Below, piece by piece: positions 1 to 7,601 of a DNA stretch of 64,000 nucleotides. The translations under genes were made by a program, and so were the position numbers. The notes below the pieces were generated by a model. It was given only the letters and a program-made list of their open reading frames with translations, did not search any database and was not told the DNA's origin. The stretch's first letter is position 1. The number at the start of each line of letters is the position of its first letter. The stretch is from Provencibacterium sp. (GTDB lineage: Bacteria; Bacillota; Clostridia; Oscillospirales; Ruminococcaceae). The DNA is taken from NCBI GenBank assembly GCA_022793895.1, contig JAAWDS010000040.1, forward strand, positions 442 to 64,441, in the 5' to 3' direction.

Positions 1-1521
1 TAAAAGCTCGGAGGCGTGCGGGCCCCATTGGAGCAGGGGATACTCTCCTTCTGAAATTTTTAGAAAGCCTTCCAGAATCAAAAACTGGATCATCTCGCGC
101 AGGCGGGTCTCGGATATATCCGCCATCAGCCCGTAGGTGCTTTGGTTATCCAGATGCAGCCGCCGGATTTTTTCGCTTTTTGAGCCGCGCAGGGTGTCCA
201 CCACCGTCTTGACCCCGAACCGTTCCCCGCTGCGCTTGACCAGCGAGAGGATTTTCTGCGCGTCAACGGTGATGTCGGCCTCCTCATAGTGCTGATTACA
301 GCTTCCGCAGTTGCCACAGTAGGGCGGGGGATTCTCTCCAAAATACCGCAGGATATAGCCGCGCAGGCATTCGCGGGTGTGGCAATAAAAGGTCATGGCC
401 TTTAGCTTCTCCCGATCGCGCTTTTGAACCAGCAGGCGGGTTTCTTCATCCAGCTCCTCGTTTTCTGCGCCGTGTTCAATCAAGAACTGGTTGGTAATAA
501 CGTCCTGCCCGCTGTATAAAAGGATGCAGCTTGCCGGTTGGCCGTCCCGTCCCGCGCGGCCCGCCTCCTGGTAGTAGTTTTCCAGGTTTTTGGGCATGTT
601 GTAATGGATGACGAAGGAGACGTTGGATTTATCGATTCCCATTCCAAAGGCGTTGGTAGCGACCATGACGCTGCGCTCGTCGCGCAGGAAAAGCTCTTGG
701 TTTTCCTGGCGTTCGCGGTCAGGCATTCCTGCGTGGTAGCGGGCCGCCGGGTAGCCGCGTCCGCAGAGCGCTTCCCAAACGGTATCCACGTTTTTGCGGG
801 TGGAGCAATAGATGATGCCGCTCCGATCCGGCATTTCCCGCAAAAGCAGGAAGAGCGTCCCCAGCTTGTCGGCGGGCTGCCGCACCTCGAAATAGAGATT
901 TTTCCGATCGAATCCGGTGAACACCGTTTCGGGATTTTGCAGGCCAAGCAGATCGATGATGTCGGCGCGCACTTCGGGCGTAGCGGTGGCGGTAAAGGCG
1001 CAGACGGCCGGGCGGCGGGGGAGCGACTCGATAAACGGGCGGATGCCCAGATAGCTCGGACGGAAATCCTGTCCCCATTGGGAAACGCAGTGCGCCTCGT
1101 CGATGCAAACCATCGAAATCGGGGCCGATTCGGCGAACGCCTGGAATCCGGGAGTTTCCAGGCGTTCGGGCGCCACGTAGATCATCCGGTAAATCCCGGC
1201 GCGGGCGTTGCGCAAGGCGGCATGGTGCTGCGCCGGGGTTAAAGAGCTGTTGAGGTAGGCGGCGCGGACGCCCGATTGGAGAAGCGCGCCCACCTGATCT
1301 TTCATCAGCGAGATGAGCGGAGAAATGACCAGGGCGATCCCATCCTTCATCAGCGCGGGCACCTGGTAGCAGATGGATTTTCCAGCTCCGGTCGGCATGA
1401 TGCCGAGCGCATCGCGGTTGTCGAGGATAGCGTCGATCAGCGTTTCCTGACCCTCCCGGAAGCAGTCATAGCCAAAGACCTGCTTTAAAACCTGCCGTTT
1501 GCCGTCTCCGGCGTTCGCCAT
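1..1521 (-). CDS. recQ: ATP-dependent DNA helicase RecQ (C-terminal part runs off the window edge)
   Basis: Manual translation of the minus strand from ATG at 1519-1521 gives MANAGDGKRQVLKQVFGYDCFREGQ...MPTGAGKSICYQVPA...CIDEAHCVSQWGQDFRPSY...YCSTRK...ATNAFGMGIDK...QEAGRAGRDG. These are RecQ helicase motifs I, II (DEAH) and VI plus the Zn-binding Cys cluster. The frame is open to position 1. Listed + strand ORFs 538..1242 and 1276..1488 are antisense shadows. Confidence 0.93.
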   Translation of the reverse strand, partial: MANAGDGKRQVLKQVFGYDCFREGQETLIDAILDNRDALGIMPTGAGKSICYQVPALMKDGIALVISPLISLMKDQVGALLQSGVRAAYLNSSLTPAQHHAALRNARAGIYRMIYVAPERLETPGFQAFAESAPISMVCIDEAHCVSQWGQDFRPSYLGIRPFIESLPRRPAVCAFTATATPEVRADIIDLLGLQNPETVFTGFDRKNLYFEVRQPADKLGTLFLLLREMPDRSGIIYCSTRKNVDTVWEALCGRGYPAARYHAGMPDRERQENQELFLRDERSVMVATNAFGMGIDKSNVSFVIHYNMPKNLENYYQEAGRAGRDGQPASCILLYSGQDVITNQFLIEHGAENEELDEETRLLVQKRDREKLKAMTFYCHTRECLRGYILRYFGENPPPYCGNCGSCNQHYEEADITVDAQKILSLVKRSGERFGVKTVVDTLRGSKSEKIRRLHLDNQSTYGLMADISETRLREMIQFLILEGFLKISEGEYPLLQWGPHASELL

Positions 1522-1570
1522 GGTTCATCCCTCCTGCTTTTTTCTGTACGCATGCGGCCGTCTTATGGCC

Positions 1571-1695
1571 TGGAAGTATAGTAGAGCCGCTTTGCGGCAG
1601 GGATAGATAAGCGCAAAGCGCTTAACTATCTGGCCATGCCCGTAGGGCGGCCAAATAAATGGAAGTATAATAGCCGCTTTGCGGCTATTATACCA
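1571..1695. repeat. Hairpin-rich intergenic repeat, copy A (30-nt core at 1631-1660 plus 13-bp-stem triloop hairpin at 1665-1693)
   Basis: 1631-1693 matches the reverse complement of 8867-8928: the 30-nt core tggccatgcccgtagggcggccaaataaat is identical, followed by gtataatagccgc-NNN-gcggctattatac. Further hairpins lie at about 1587-1599 and 1602-1630. Confidence 0.85.
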
Positions 1696-1811
1696 TTTCG
1701 GCTCAGGAACGGCAAGAGACGCCACATTTTTAGGGCCAAGGGATGAAAAAGCCTTGCATTTGCATAGGCGTAATGCTATAATAATAACACTTCTTTCTGT
1801 AGAAGAAAGAT

Positions 1812-1887
1812 TGGGCTGTAGCCAAGTGGTAAGGCAACGGACTTTGACTCCGTCATCCCGCAGGTCCGAATCCTGCCAGCCCAGCCA
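1812..1887 (+). tRNA. tRNA-Gln (anticodon UUG)
   Basis: Cloverleaf read by eye. Acceptor TGGGCTG/CAGCCCA, anticodon stem ACGGA/TCCGT with loop CTTTGAC (anticodon TTG), T-arm GCAGG-TCCGAAT-CCTGC, encoded CCA. Confidence 0.9.
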
Positions 1888-1895
1888 ATTAGGCA

Positions 1896-1933
1896 GGACC
1901 CGGAGCCGGTTTTGTGCTCCGGGCCTTCTTTTT
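1896..1933 (+). terminator. Rho-independent terminator after tRNA-Gln
   Basis: Stem cccggagc/gctccggg followed by ttcttttt. Confidence 0.7.
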
Positions 1934-1971
1934 ATCTATTTGACAATATGAAAACCGCCGGAGGGACGCAG

Positions 1972-2754
1972 ATGCAGGATATAAAAGGGCTGGAATGGAC
2001 GTTTGATACCGTAGCGCCCATTTATGCGAAATTACGTCCGGGATATGTCAAAGAACTCTACCAAAGGATCTTTGATTTCATCCCTATTCGGGGGAGCAGC
2101 AACGTTCTGGAGGTGGGAATTGGCGGCGCTCAGGCGACCCTGCCCATTTTACAAACGGGCTGTAGATTGACCGCCGTAGAATATGGGGCGCATTTTTCCG
2201 AGCTGTGCAGAGAAAAATTCAAGGATTACCGGAACTTTTCGGTGATTACAGGCAGATTTGAAGAAGTGGGCTTTGACAGCGGGGCCTATGACTTGATTTT
2301 CTCCGCATCCGCCTTTCACTGGATACCGGAGGAAATCGGATATTCAAAGGTTTTTTCCCTGTTGAAGAGCGGAGGCGCCTTTGCGCGTTTTGCCAACCAT
2401 CCGTTTGTTGATAAAGGAAGGAAAGAGCTCTCGGATGAAATCCAAAAGCTCTATGCTATTTATATGCCGTCTGCTTCCAAGCCGGCTGAATATACGGAGG
2501 AGATGGCAAAAGCAAGAGCGGAAATTGCCCGCCGGTATGGTTTTGAGGATATCCAGTGGGAGTTGTATCACAGAACCCGAACGTTTTCAGCCGCCGAGTA
2601 CATTACCTTACTAGGGACCTATTCAGACCACATTGCTCTTGAAGAGCAGAAAAGAACGGAGTTTTTCTCTAAAATAGAACAGGCCATCAACCGGTATGGC
2701 GGCGAAATTACCCTTTATGATACCATTGACTTGCAGCTCGCAAGAAAGCCCTAA
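1972..2754 (+). CDS. Class I SAM-dependent methyltransferase (small-molecule type, Methyltransf_11/25-like)
   Basis: ORF 1912..2754. Motif I VLEVGIGGAQ, then DLIFSASAFHW. The start at 1972 (MQDIKG) follows GGAGGG, and the upstream part of the ORF overlaps the tRNA terminator. No N6-adenine/N4-cytosine (N/D)PP(Y/F) motif. Confidence 0.8.
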   Translation: MQDIKGLEWTFDTVAPIYAKLRPGYVKELYQRIFDFIPIRGSSNVLEVGIGGAQATLPILQTGCRLTAVEYGAHFSELCREKFKDYRNFSVITGRFEEVGFDSGAYDLIFSASAFHWIPEEIGYSKVFSLLKSGGAFARFANHPFVDKGRKELSDEIQKLYAIYMPSASKPAEYTEEMAKARAEIARRYGFEDIQWELYHRTRTFSAAEYITLLGTYSDHIALEEQKRTEFFSKIEQAINRYGGEITLYDTIDLQLARKP

Positions 2755-2799
2755 AGTGACAGGAGCGGCTGCCAGGGACGAACGGCCGGAGGAAGCAAA

Positions 2800-3180
2800 A
2801 TGGACAGCAAAATCGTTTTTTTCTTTGAACGGCATCTGGATGCGTTGCCGATCTATGAGGCGTTAGAGCGGCGTATTTTTTCTGAAATCGAGAATGCCAC
2901 GGTTAAGGTGCAAAAGTCGCAGATTTCTTTTTATAACCGGCATCTGTTCGCCTGCGTCTCCTTTGCCAACGTGCGGAAGAAACCGGACCGGCCAAAGGAT
3001 TTTATCGTCCTGACGCTGGGACTGGATCATAGGCTAGAATCGGCGCGCATCGATGTGGCGACCGAGCCCTATCCCAACCGGTGGACGCACCATATTTTGC
3101 TTTCTCGCGCCGCTGAAATAGACGATGAGCTTATGGGATGGATAAAAGAGGCGAGCGCTTTTTCGGCCGGTAAAAGATAG
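2800..3180 (+). CDS. Conserved hypothetical protein, DUF5655-like
   Basis: 126 aa ORF. The pattern KSQISFYNRHLFACVSF...RWTHHILLSRAAEIDDELMGWIKEA resembles DUF5655 family members. Assignment is from memory only. Confidence 0.55.
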   Translation: MDSKIVFFFERHLDALPIYEALERRIFSEIENATVKVQKSQISFYNRHLFACVSFANVRKKPDRPKDFIVLTLGLDHRLESARIDVATEPYPNRWTHHILLSRAAEIDDELMGWIKEASAFSAGKR

Positions 3181-3252
3181 CTAAGGAAAAGGGGATGGTT
3201 TCTGCTCATTCTTATGCAGGAGGGCAGATAGATAGCAGGAAACTCGGATTTG

Positions 3253-3315
3253 TGGGAGAGCGGAAGATGAATAGGCTGGAACAGTTGCTAGAGGAGCTTT
3301 GCCCGGAGGGGGTGG
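3253..3315. repeat. 63-bp perfect inverted repeat, left copy (RBS + start + first 16 codons of hsdS)
   Basis: tgggagagcggaagatgaataggctggaacagttgctagaggagctttgcccggagggggtgg is identical to the reverse complement of 8683-8745. The first 21 nt also recur as a direct repeat at 4435-4455. Confidence 0.95.
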
Positions 3316-4382
3316 AGTATAAGCCATTATCCGAAATCCTTTTAATTAGAAACGGTCGTGATTACAAGGGTTTTGATAGCGGTGATATTCCGGTTTATGG
3401 ATCGGGCGGAATCATGACCTATATCGATCGGTTTGCTTATGATAAACCGTCGGTACTCATTCCGCGGAAAGGCTCGTTGGAAAAGCTCTATTATGTTGAA
3501 GAACCGTTTTGGACGGTGGATACTCTCTTCTACACAGAAATAGATAGCGCCGTCGCCCTGCCCAAATATGTATTTTACTATCTGCAAATGCTTCATCTAG
3601 AAAAACTTAATAAAGCAGGCGGCGTCCCAAGTTTAACGCAAGCCGTTTTAAATCGTCTAAAAATCCCCGTTCCGCCTCTTCCTATACAAAACGAAATTGT
3701 CTGCATACTGGATAGTTTTGCAGATTCCAATAATGGACTAATCGCATTACTTACCGCCGAGCTTACCGCAAGAGAAAAGCAGTTCGAATATTACAGAGAT
3801 AAGCTATTGACACCTGATAACAATATCCCAAAGCTGCATTTATCCGAATGCTGCACTACAATAGCGGACGGCGATCATCAGCCGCCGCCTAAAAAGGAAA
3901 AGGGGATACCTTTTATTACCATTTCCAATATAACCAACCATAATCAAATCGATTTTTCGAAGACCATGTTTGTTTCTCCGGAATATTATGAGCGCCTCGC
4001 CCATAAACGCAGAGCACAGGCGGGCGATATCTTATATACCGTTGTCGGTTCCTTTGGAATAGCCGTTTACATAGAGACGGATTATAAATTTGTATTTCAA
4101 AGACACATAGCAATCCTACGTCCGGACCGCCGGACAGTGCTTCCTAAATATCTGTATCATGCAATGCAGGCTACCGCTTTTTACTCTCAGGCCGATACCG
4201 CGGCAAAAGGCGCCGCACAAAGGACTATTAGTCTGGCTTCCTTAAACAGAATGGAAATACCTGTTCCACCGCTGGAAGAACAAGCCCGCATCGTCTCGAT
4301 TCTCGACCGCTTCGACGTTCTTTGTAATGATCTCACGAGCGGCCTGCCCCGCCGAAATAGAAGCGCGCCGCAGGCAATATGA
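3267..4382 (+). CDS. hsdS: Type I restriction-modification specificity subunit HsdS, with C-terminal frameshift
   Basis: Two TRDs separated by the conserved central IPVPPLPIQNEIVCILD and the distal IPVPPLEEQARIVSILDRFD. An extra C in the CCCC tract at 4347-4350 shifts the frame. The corrected frame reads SGLPAEIEARRRQYEHYRDKLLRFKEIRNAE and stops at 4432-4434. Confidence 0.85.
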   Translation: MNRLEQLLEELCPEGVEYKPLSEILLIRNGRDYKGFDSGDIPVYGSGGIMTYIDRFAYDKPSVLIPRKGSLEKLYYVEEPFWTVDTLFYTEIDSAVALPKYVFYYLQMLHLEKLNKAGGVPSLTQAVLNRLKIPVPPLPIQNEIVCILDSFADSNNGLIALLTAELTAREKQFEYYRDKLLTPDNNIPKLHLSECCTTIADGDHQPPPKKEKGIPFITISNITNHNQIDFSKTMFVSPEYYERLAHKRRAQAGDILYTVVGSFGIAVYIETDYKFVFQRHIAILRPDRRTVLPKYLYHAMQATAFYSQADTAAKGAAQRTISLASLNRMEIPVPPLEEQARIVSILDRFDVLCNDLTSGLPRRNRSAPQAI

Positions 4383-4448
4383 ACATTACCGGGATAAGCT
4401 GCTGCGTTTTAAAGAGATTCGGAATGCAGAATGATGGGAGAGCGGAAG

Positions 4449-4573
4449 ATGAATACAATAGAACGGCTGCTAGACAGGCTTTGCATGGAGAGGGCGGCGT
4501 GTGCCTAGAACGATTGGTGAAGATAAAGCCTCCAACCGGATCTACCGCAGCCGGAGATCTTTTAAATCCCTAA
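4449..4573 (+). pseudogene. Remnant of a third hsdS (N-terminal about 40 codons, frameshifted and truncated)
   Basis: It is preceded by the same tgggagagcggaag RBS block. It reads MNTIERLLDRLC..., then in another frame GVCLERLVKIKPP, resembling an HsdS N-terminus. No TRD follows. Confidence 0.6.
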
Positions 4574-4580
4574 CACATAA

Positions 4581-4627
4581 AAAAACGGCTTGTCCCCTTT
4601 TTATAAAAAGAGGAACAAGCCGTTTTT
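4581..4627. terminator. Bidirectional terminator / near-perfect 47-nt palindrome
   Basis: aaaaacggcttgt...acaagccgttttt with an inner A/T-rich palindrome. It sits between convergent hsdS remnant (+) and the DUF2461 gene (-). Confidence 0.75.
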
Positions 4628-4643
4628 CTTTGCCGATAGCCGT

Positions 4644-5327
4644 CTATCGGGCTGGCATTTCAAAGCCGGCCAGCGCCCGGTTGAGATAATCGTTGAAGGG
4701 CTTCATCAGCCGGAAAATCTTTGCCGCCTTCGTCAAAAACGCCCCGGCATCGCCAAGCTCCGCGTCCGGAATGGGGTATTCCAGATACCAGCTTTTGTGC
4801 TTCAAAAACGCCGCCTGAGGGTGATCCTTGTCATACCCGGAGGGCACATTTTTGAGCGCTGTGCCGCCAACGGTAAAATGCTGCTGAAATTCTGGGTCGC
4901 GGAGGATGGCCTCCCACTCCTCACCTTGGGCGGCGATCGCTTCCCGTACCATCTGGGTGGCGTCTTTAAACATATCGGCAAAGAGCCCGCCTCCAAGGAA
5001 GGAGCGATCTCCAGGTTTTAGCATCAGATAATACCCCACCGGGATAGGCAGCTTGCCCTTGGAGGAAATGTGCGCCCGGAAGGCGGGGTTATAAGGGGAT
5101 TTGTCGTGGCTAAAGCGGGTGTCCCGCGTGAGCTTGAAGGTCAGCTCTTTGGGGGAGTAGGGGAGAACGCTGCTGTCAAACTCCCCGATTTTTAAAATAA
5201 GGGCTTGTACCAGCTCTTCAAAGTGAGCGTTGGCGGCCTGGTAGTCCGCCTTGTGGGCGTGGTACCATTCCCGGCTGTTGTTCACGCTGAGATCGTTTAG
5301 GTAGCTCAATATCCGATCGGTATTCAT
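4644..5327 (-). CDS. DUF2461 (TIGR02453) family protein
   Basis: MNTDRILSYLNDLSVNNSREWYHAHKADY...FRLTRDTRFSHDKSPY...GYYLMLKPG...GGGLF are typical DUF2461 signatures. GGAGG RBS before ATG 5327. Confidence 0.8.
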   Translation of the reverse strand: MNTDRILSYLNDLSVNNSREWYHAHKADYQAANAHFEELVQALILKIGEFDSSVLPYSPKELTFKLTRDTRFSHDKSPYNPAFRAHISSKGKLPIPVGYYLMLKPGDRSFLGGGLFADMFKDATQMVREAIAAQGEEWEAILRDPEFQQHFTVGGTALKNVPSGYDKDHPQAAFLKHKSWYLEYPIPDAELGDAGAFLTKAAKIFRLMKPFNDYLNRALAGFEMPAR

Positions 5328-5340
5328 CTTCCTTACCTCC

Positions 5341-6186
5341 CTATGCTTGTGTGACGACAGCAAATGCGGTTCCATTCAGAAAGTCCTGGATGAATTGCTT
5401 CAAGCGTTCCGGGGATTGATAGGTCCGGCAGAAGGAGAATTGTTGGGAATAGCCGTCGATCTCCTCCATGGCCGCCTTCACGTCTAAAGCGGAGCCGCCA
5501 GGCTGCGCGGTGGTGAAATCCAACTGCGTGGGCGTGATGCGATGGTTCTGAATCGCATAATGGATCCGGTCGCGGCAGCGGCAGGCTCCGTGTCCGTATT
5601 CGCCGCAGTATTCCGAGAGGAAATCCGCCATTTTTTTGCGTATCCGGGAGAGCCGTTGGCGGTAGGCTTCCGGGGAGATACCTAAGATATCCCCAGCAAT
5701 GCGGCTGTCCAGCCGAAACATGGTGCCCAGGATAAAGATGCACCGGCTTTCCGCGTCCAGGCATTGAAGCATGACGTTTGTACAGGAGAGCCTCAGCTCC
5801 TCCGCCAGAAGGGCCTTGTCCACATTTTGGCTCAGATCGGGAATGTCCTGAAGGTTTCCGTTTTGGATGTCGTCCCCATAGAACTCAAAGCTCAGCGGGA
5901 ATTGGGCGAAAATGTGTTTTTTATAGCTGGTCAGGTGGTTCACAGCAATGCGGAACACCCAGGTGGTGAAGGCGCTTTCCCCTTTGAAGGAGGAGAGATG
6001 GGTCACGACTTTCAGCAGAATATCCTGGGATGCGTCCTCTGCGTCGTGGAAGGTACCCAGCATCCGCAGGGAGAGATTAAAAACCAGGTCCTGCACGCTT
6101 TCCAATACCGTTTCCAGCGCCGTCTTGTCTCCGGCGGTCGCACGTTGGATCAAAAGGGATAACTCCCGGTTTGTTTCTTCGTTCAT
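5341..6186 (-). CDS. RNA polymerase sigma-70 family (ECF-like) sigma factor with about 100 aa C-terminal extension
   Basis: Region 2 (DAEDASQDILLKV...FTTWVFRIAVN) and region 4 HTH (IAGDILGISPEAYRQRLSRIRKKM), followed by CGEYGHGACRCRDRI and about 80 more residues. AGGAGG RBS. Its stop lies 13 nt before the DUF2461 start. Confidence 0.8.
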   Translation of the reverse strand: MNEETNRELSLLIQRATAGDKTALETVLESVQDLVFNLSLRMLGTFHDAEDASQDILLKVVTHLSSFKGESAFTTWVFRIAVNHLTSYKKHIFAQFPLSFEFYGDDIQNGNLQDIPDLSQNVDKALLAEELRLSCTNVMLQCLDAESRCIFILGTMFRLDSRIAGDILGISPEAYRQRLSRIRKKMADFLSEYCGEYGHGACRCRDRIHYAIQNHRITPTQLDFTTAQPGGSALDVKAAMEEIDGYSQQFSFCRTYQSPERLKQFIQDFLNGTAFAVVTQA

Positions 6187-6422
6187 CGAAAACACCTCCT
6201 ATAGAATTAGACGGCGCTGAAGCCGGCTTGTGACAGAAAAGCCGCTTTTTTTGCCAACAATTTTTCAATCCTTTCCAGCTTTGAGCGAAAGCCGCCCGGC
6301 CGGCGTCCCCGGATATCAGCGAAACGGGGACCCGGTTTATAAAAGGGATGGATCAGCCGCTCTCATTGTGCTATACTTAGCTTGTGAACAAAGCGGCCGG
6401 TGCAGAGAGGGAGGTATCCGGA

Positions 6423-6956
6423 ATGAAAGGCTTTACGAGAAAGAATCCAATGTTTTCACTTTGCGGCTTGAACTGTTTCCTTTGCTCCATGCACCTCGGC
6501 GGCCATTGCGGCGGCTGCGGGTTTGGCAACCAATCCTGTCCCTTAGCGCGGTGCTCCTTAGAGCACGGCGCGGTAGAATATTGCTTCCAGTGCGCGGAAT
6601 ACCCATGCGAACGATACAGCCATATCGACGCGTATGATTCTTTCATCACCCATCAGAAACAGAAATCGGATTTAGAGAAGGCGCGCCGGATTGGCCTTGA
6701 AGCCTATAACGCGGAACAGAGAAAAAAATCGGAAATATTAGAGCGCCTCTTGAGCCGGTATAACGACGGCCGGAAGAAAACGCTGTTCTGTTTAGCGGTG
6801 AATCTTCTGGAGCTGGATGAGCTGACGGCCATACTCGAACAGGCGGATGCAGAGACCAACGGGCTGCCGGTGAAGGAAAAGGCCGCTTTTGTATCCGCCC
6901 TTTTTCAGAAATATGCCGCCCAAAAGGGGCTTACGCTCAAGCTCCGAAGGAAATGA
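6423..6956 (+). CDS. DUF3795 domain-containing (Cys-rich) protein
   Basis: N-terminal CGLNCFLCSMHLGGHCGGCG...CPLARC...YCFQCAEYPCERY pattern. GGGAGG RBS before ATG 6423. Confidence 0.7.
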   Translation: MKGFTRKNPMFSLCGLNCFLCSMHLGGHCGGCGFGNQSCPLARCSLEHGAVEYCFQCAEYPCERYSHIDAYDSFITHQKQKSDLEKARRIGLEAYNAEQRKKSEILERLLSRYNDGRKKTLFCLAVNLLELDELTAILEQADAETNGLPVKEKAAFVSALFQKYAAQKGLTLKLRRK

Positions 6957-7016
6957 GCCCGGTTTTTAACTAAAACCGGGCCAGGGAAAAATCCGCCTTA
7001 GCAAGCAAGCTATCGG

Positions 7017-7601
7017 TTACACATTCTGATAAAACAGGCCGTGCTGCGTACAGTACCACAGCAGCCGTCCGTGGGCGAAGGCGGGGATTCTTACCTGCAA
7101 GTCCCACTCCGGGTATTGCTTGCGCAGCAGAAGGCTATCTCCCGTCAATAGGGCGACAAACGCGATGTAGTGCTCCCGCGTCATGGGATGATCGGCGGTA
7201 ACGAACAGGTCGTTTTCCACCGTCTCCACCGATAGTTTTTCCATTTCATCCGCCTTTTGCGGCAGCATGGGCTTCAATTTTTTGCCGCAGCAGGAAACTG
7301 CGGTCTCTGCCATAGCGGCGACGGTATTCCCGCAGGCCGGGCAGATGTAGAAAGCTGTCTTTTTCATATTGCCTCCTAAAATCTCATTTTCGTCTAATTC
7401 CCCGGAAAGCAGCTTTTCCAGGTCTGCCTCCAGCAGCTCCGACAGGCGGGCAAGGGAAGATATATCCGGGCATCCCCAGCCGCGCTCCCACTTTGAAACT
7501 GCTTTATCGCTTACGTTCATCTGCGCTGCAAGCTGCTGCTGGGTGAAATGCTTCTCTTTTCGCAGCTTGCGGATCGCCTGTCCGATTTTAACGTTGTCCA
7601 T
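7017..7601 (-). CDS. XRE-family HTH regulator fused to a desulfoferrodoxin/SOR-like domain
   Basis: N-terminus IGQAIRKLRKEKHFTQQQLAAQMNVSDKAVSKWERG (Cro/C1 HTH). C-terminus has YICPACGN (Dx-like zinc ribbon), HPMTREHYIAFV and YCTQHGLF (SOR iron-site signatures). The usual EKHVP histidine reads EKLSV. Confidence 0.75.
   Translation of the reverse strand: MDNVKIGQAIRKLRKEKHFTQQQLAAQMNVSDKAVSKWERGWGCPDISSLARLSELLEADLEKLLSGELDENEILGGNMKKTAFYICPACGNTVAAMAETAVSCCGKKLKPMLPQKADEMEKLSVETVENDLFVTADHPMTREHYIAFVALLTGDSLLLRKQYPEWDLQVRIPAFAHGRLLWYCTQHGLFYQNV

Noticed and set aside
1972-2754. The class I SAM methyltransferase next to hsdS1 as a possible HsdM-like modification subunit.
   Set aside because: It has no (N/D)PP(Y/F/W) catalytic motif and no HsdM N-terminal domain. 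The architecture and size fit small-molecule Methyltransf_11/25 enzymes.
6196-6270. A plus-strand terminator-like hairpin (cggctt...aagccg plus T7) upstream of the sigma factor gene.
   Set aside because: No plus-strand transcription unit ends here, and the stem is only 6 bp. It may be fortuitous or part of the sigma-factor leader on the other strand.
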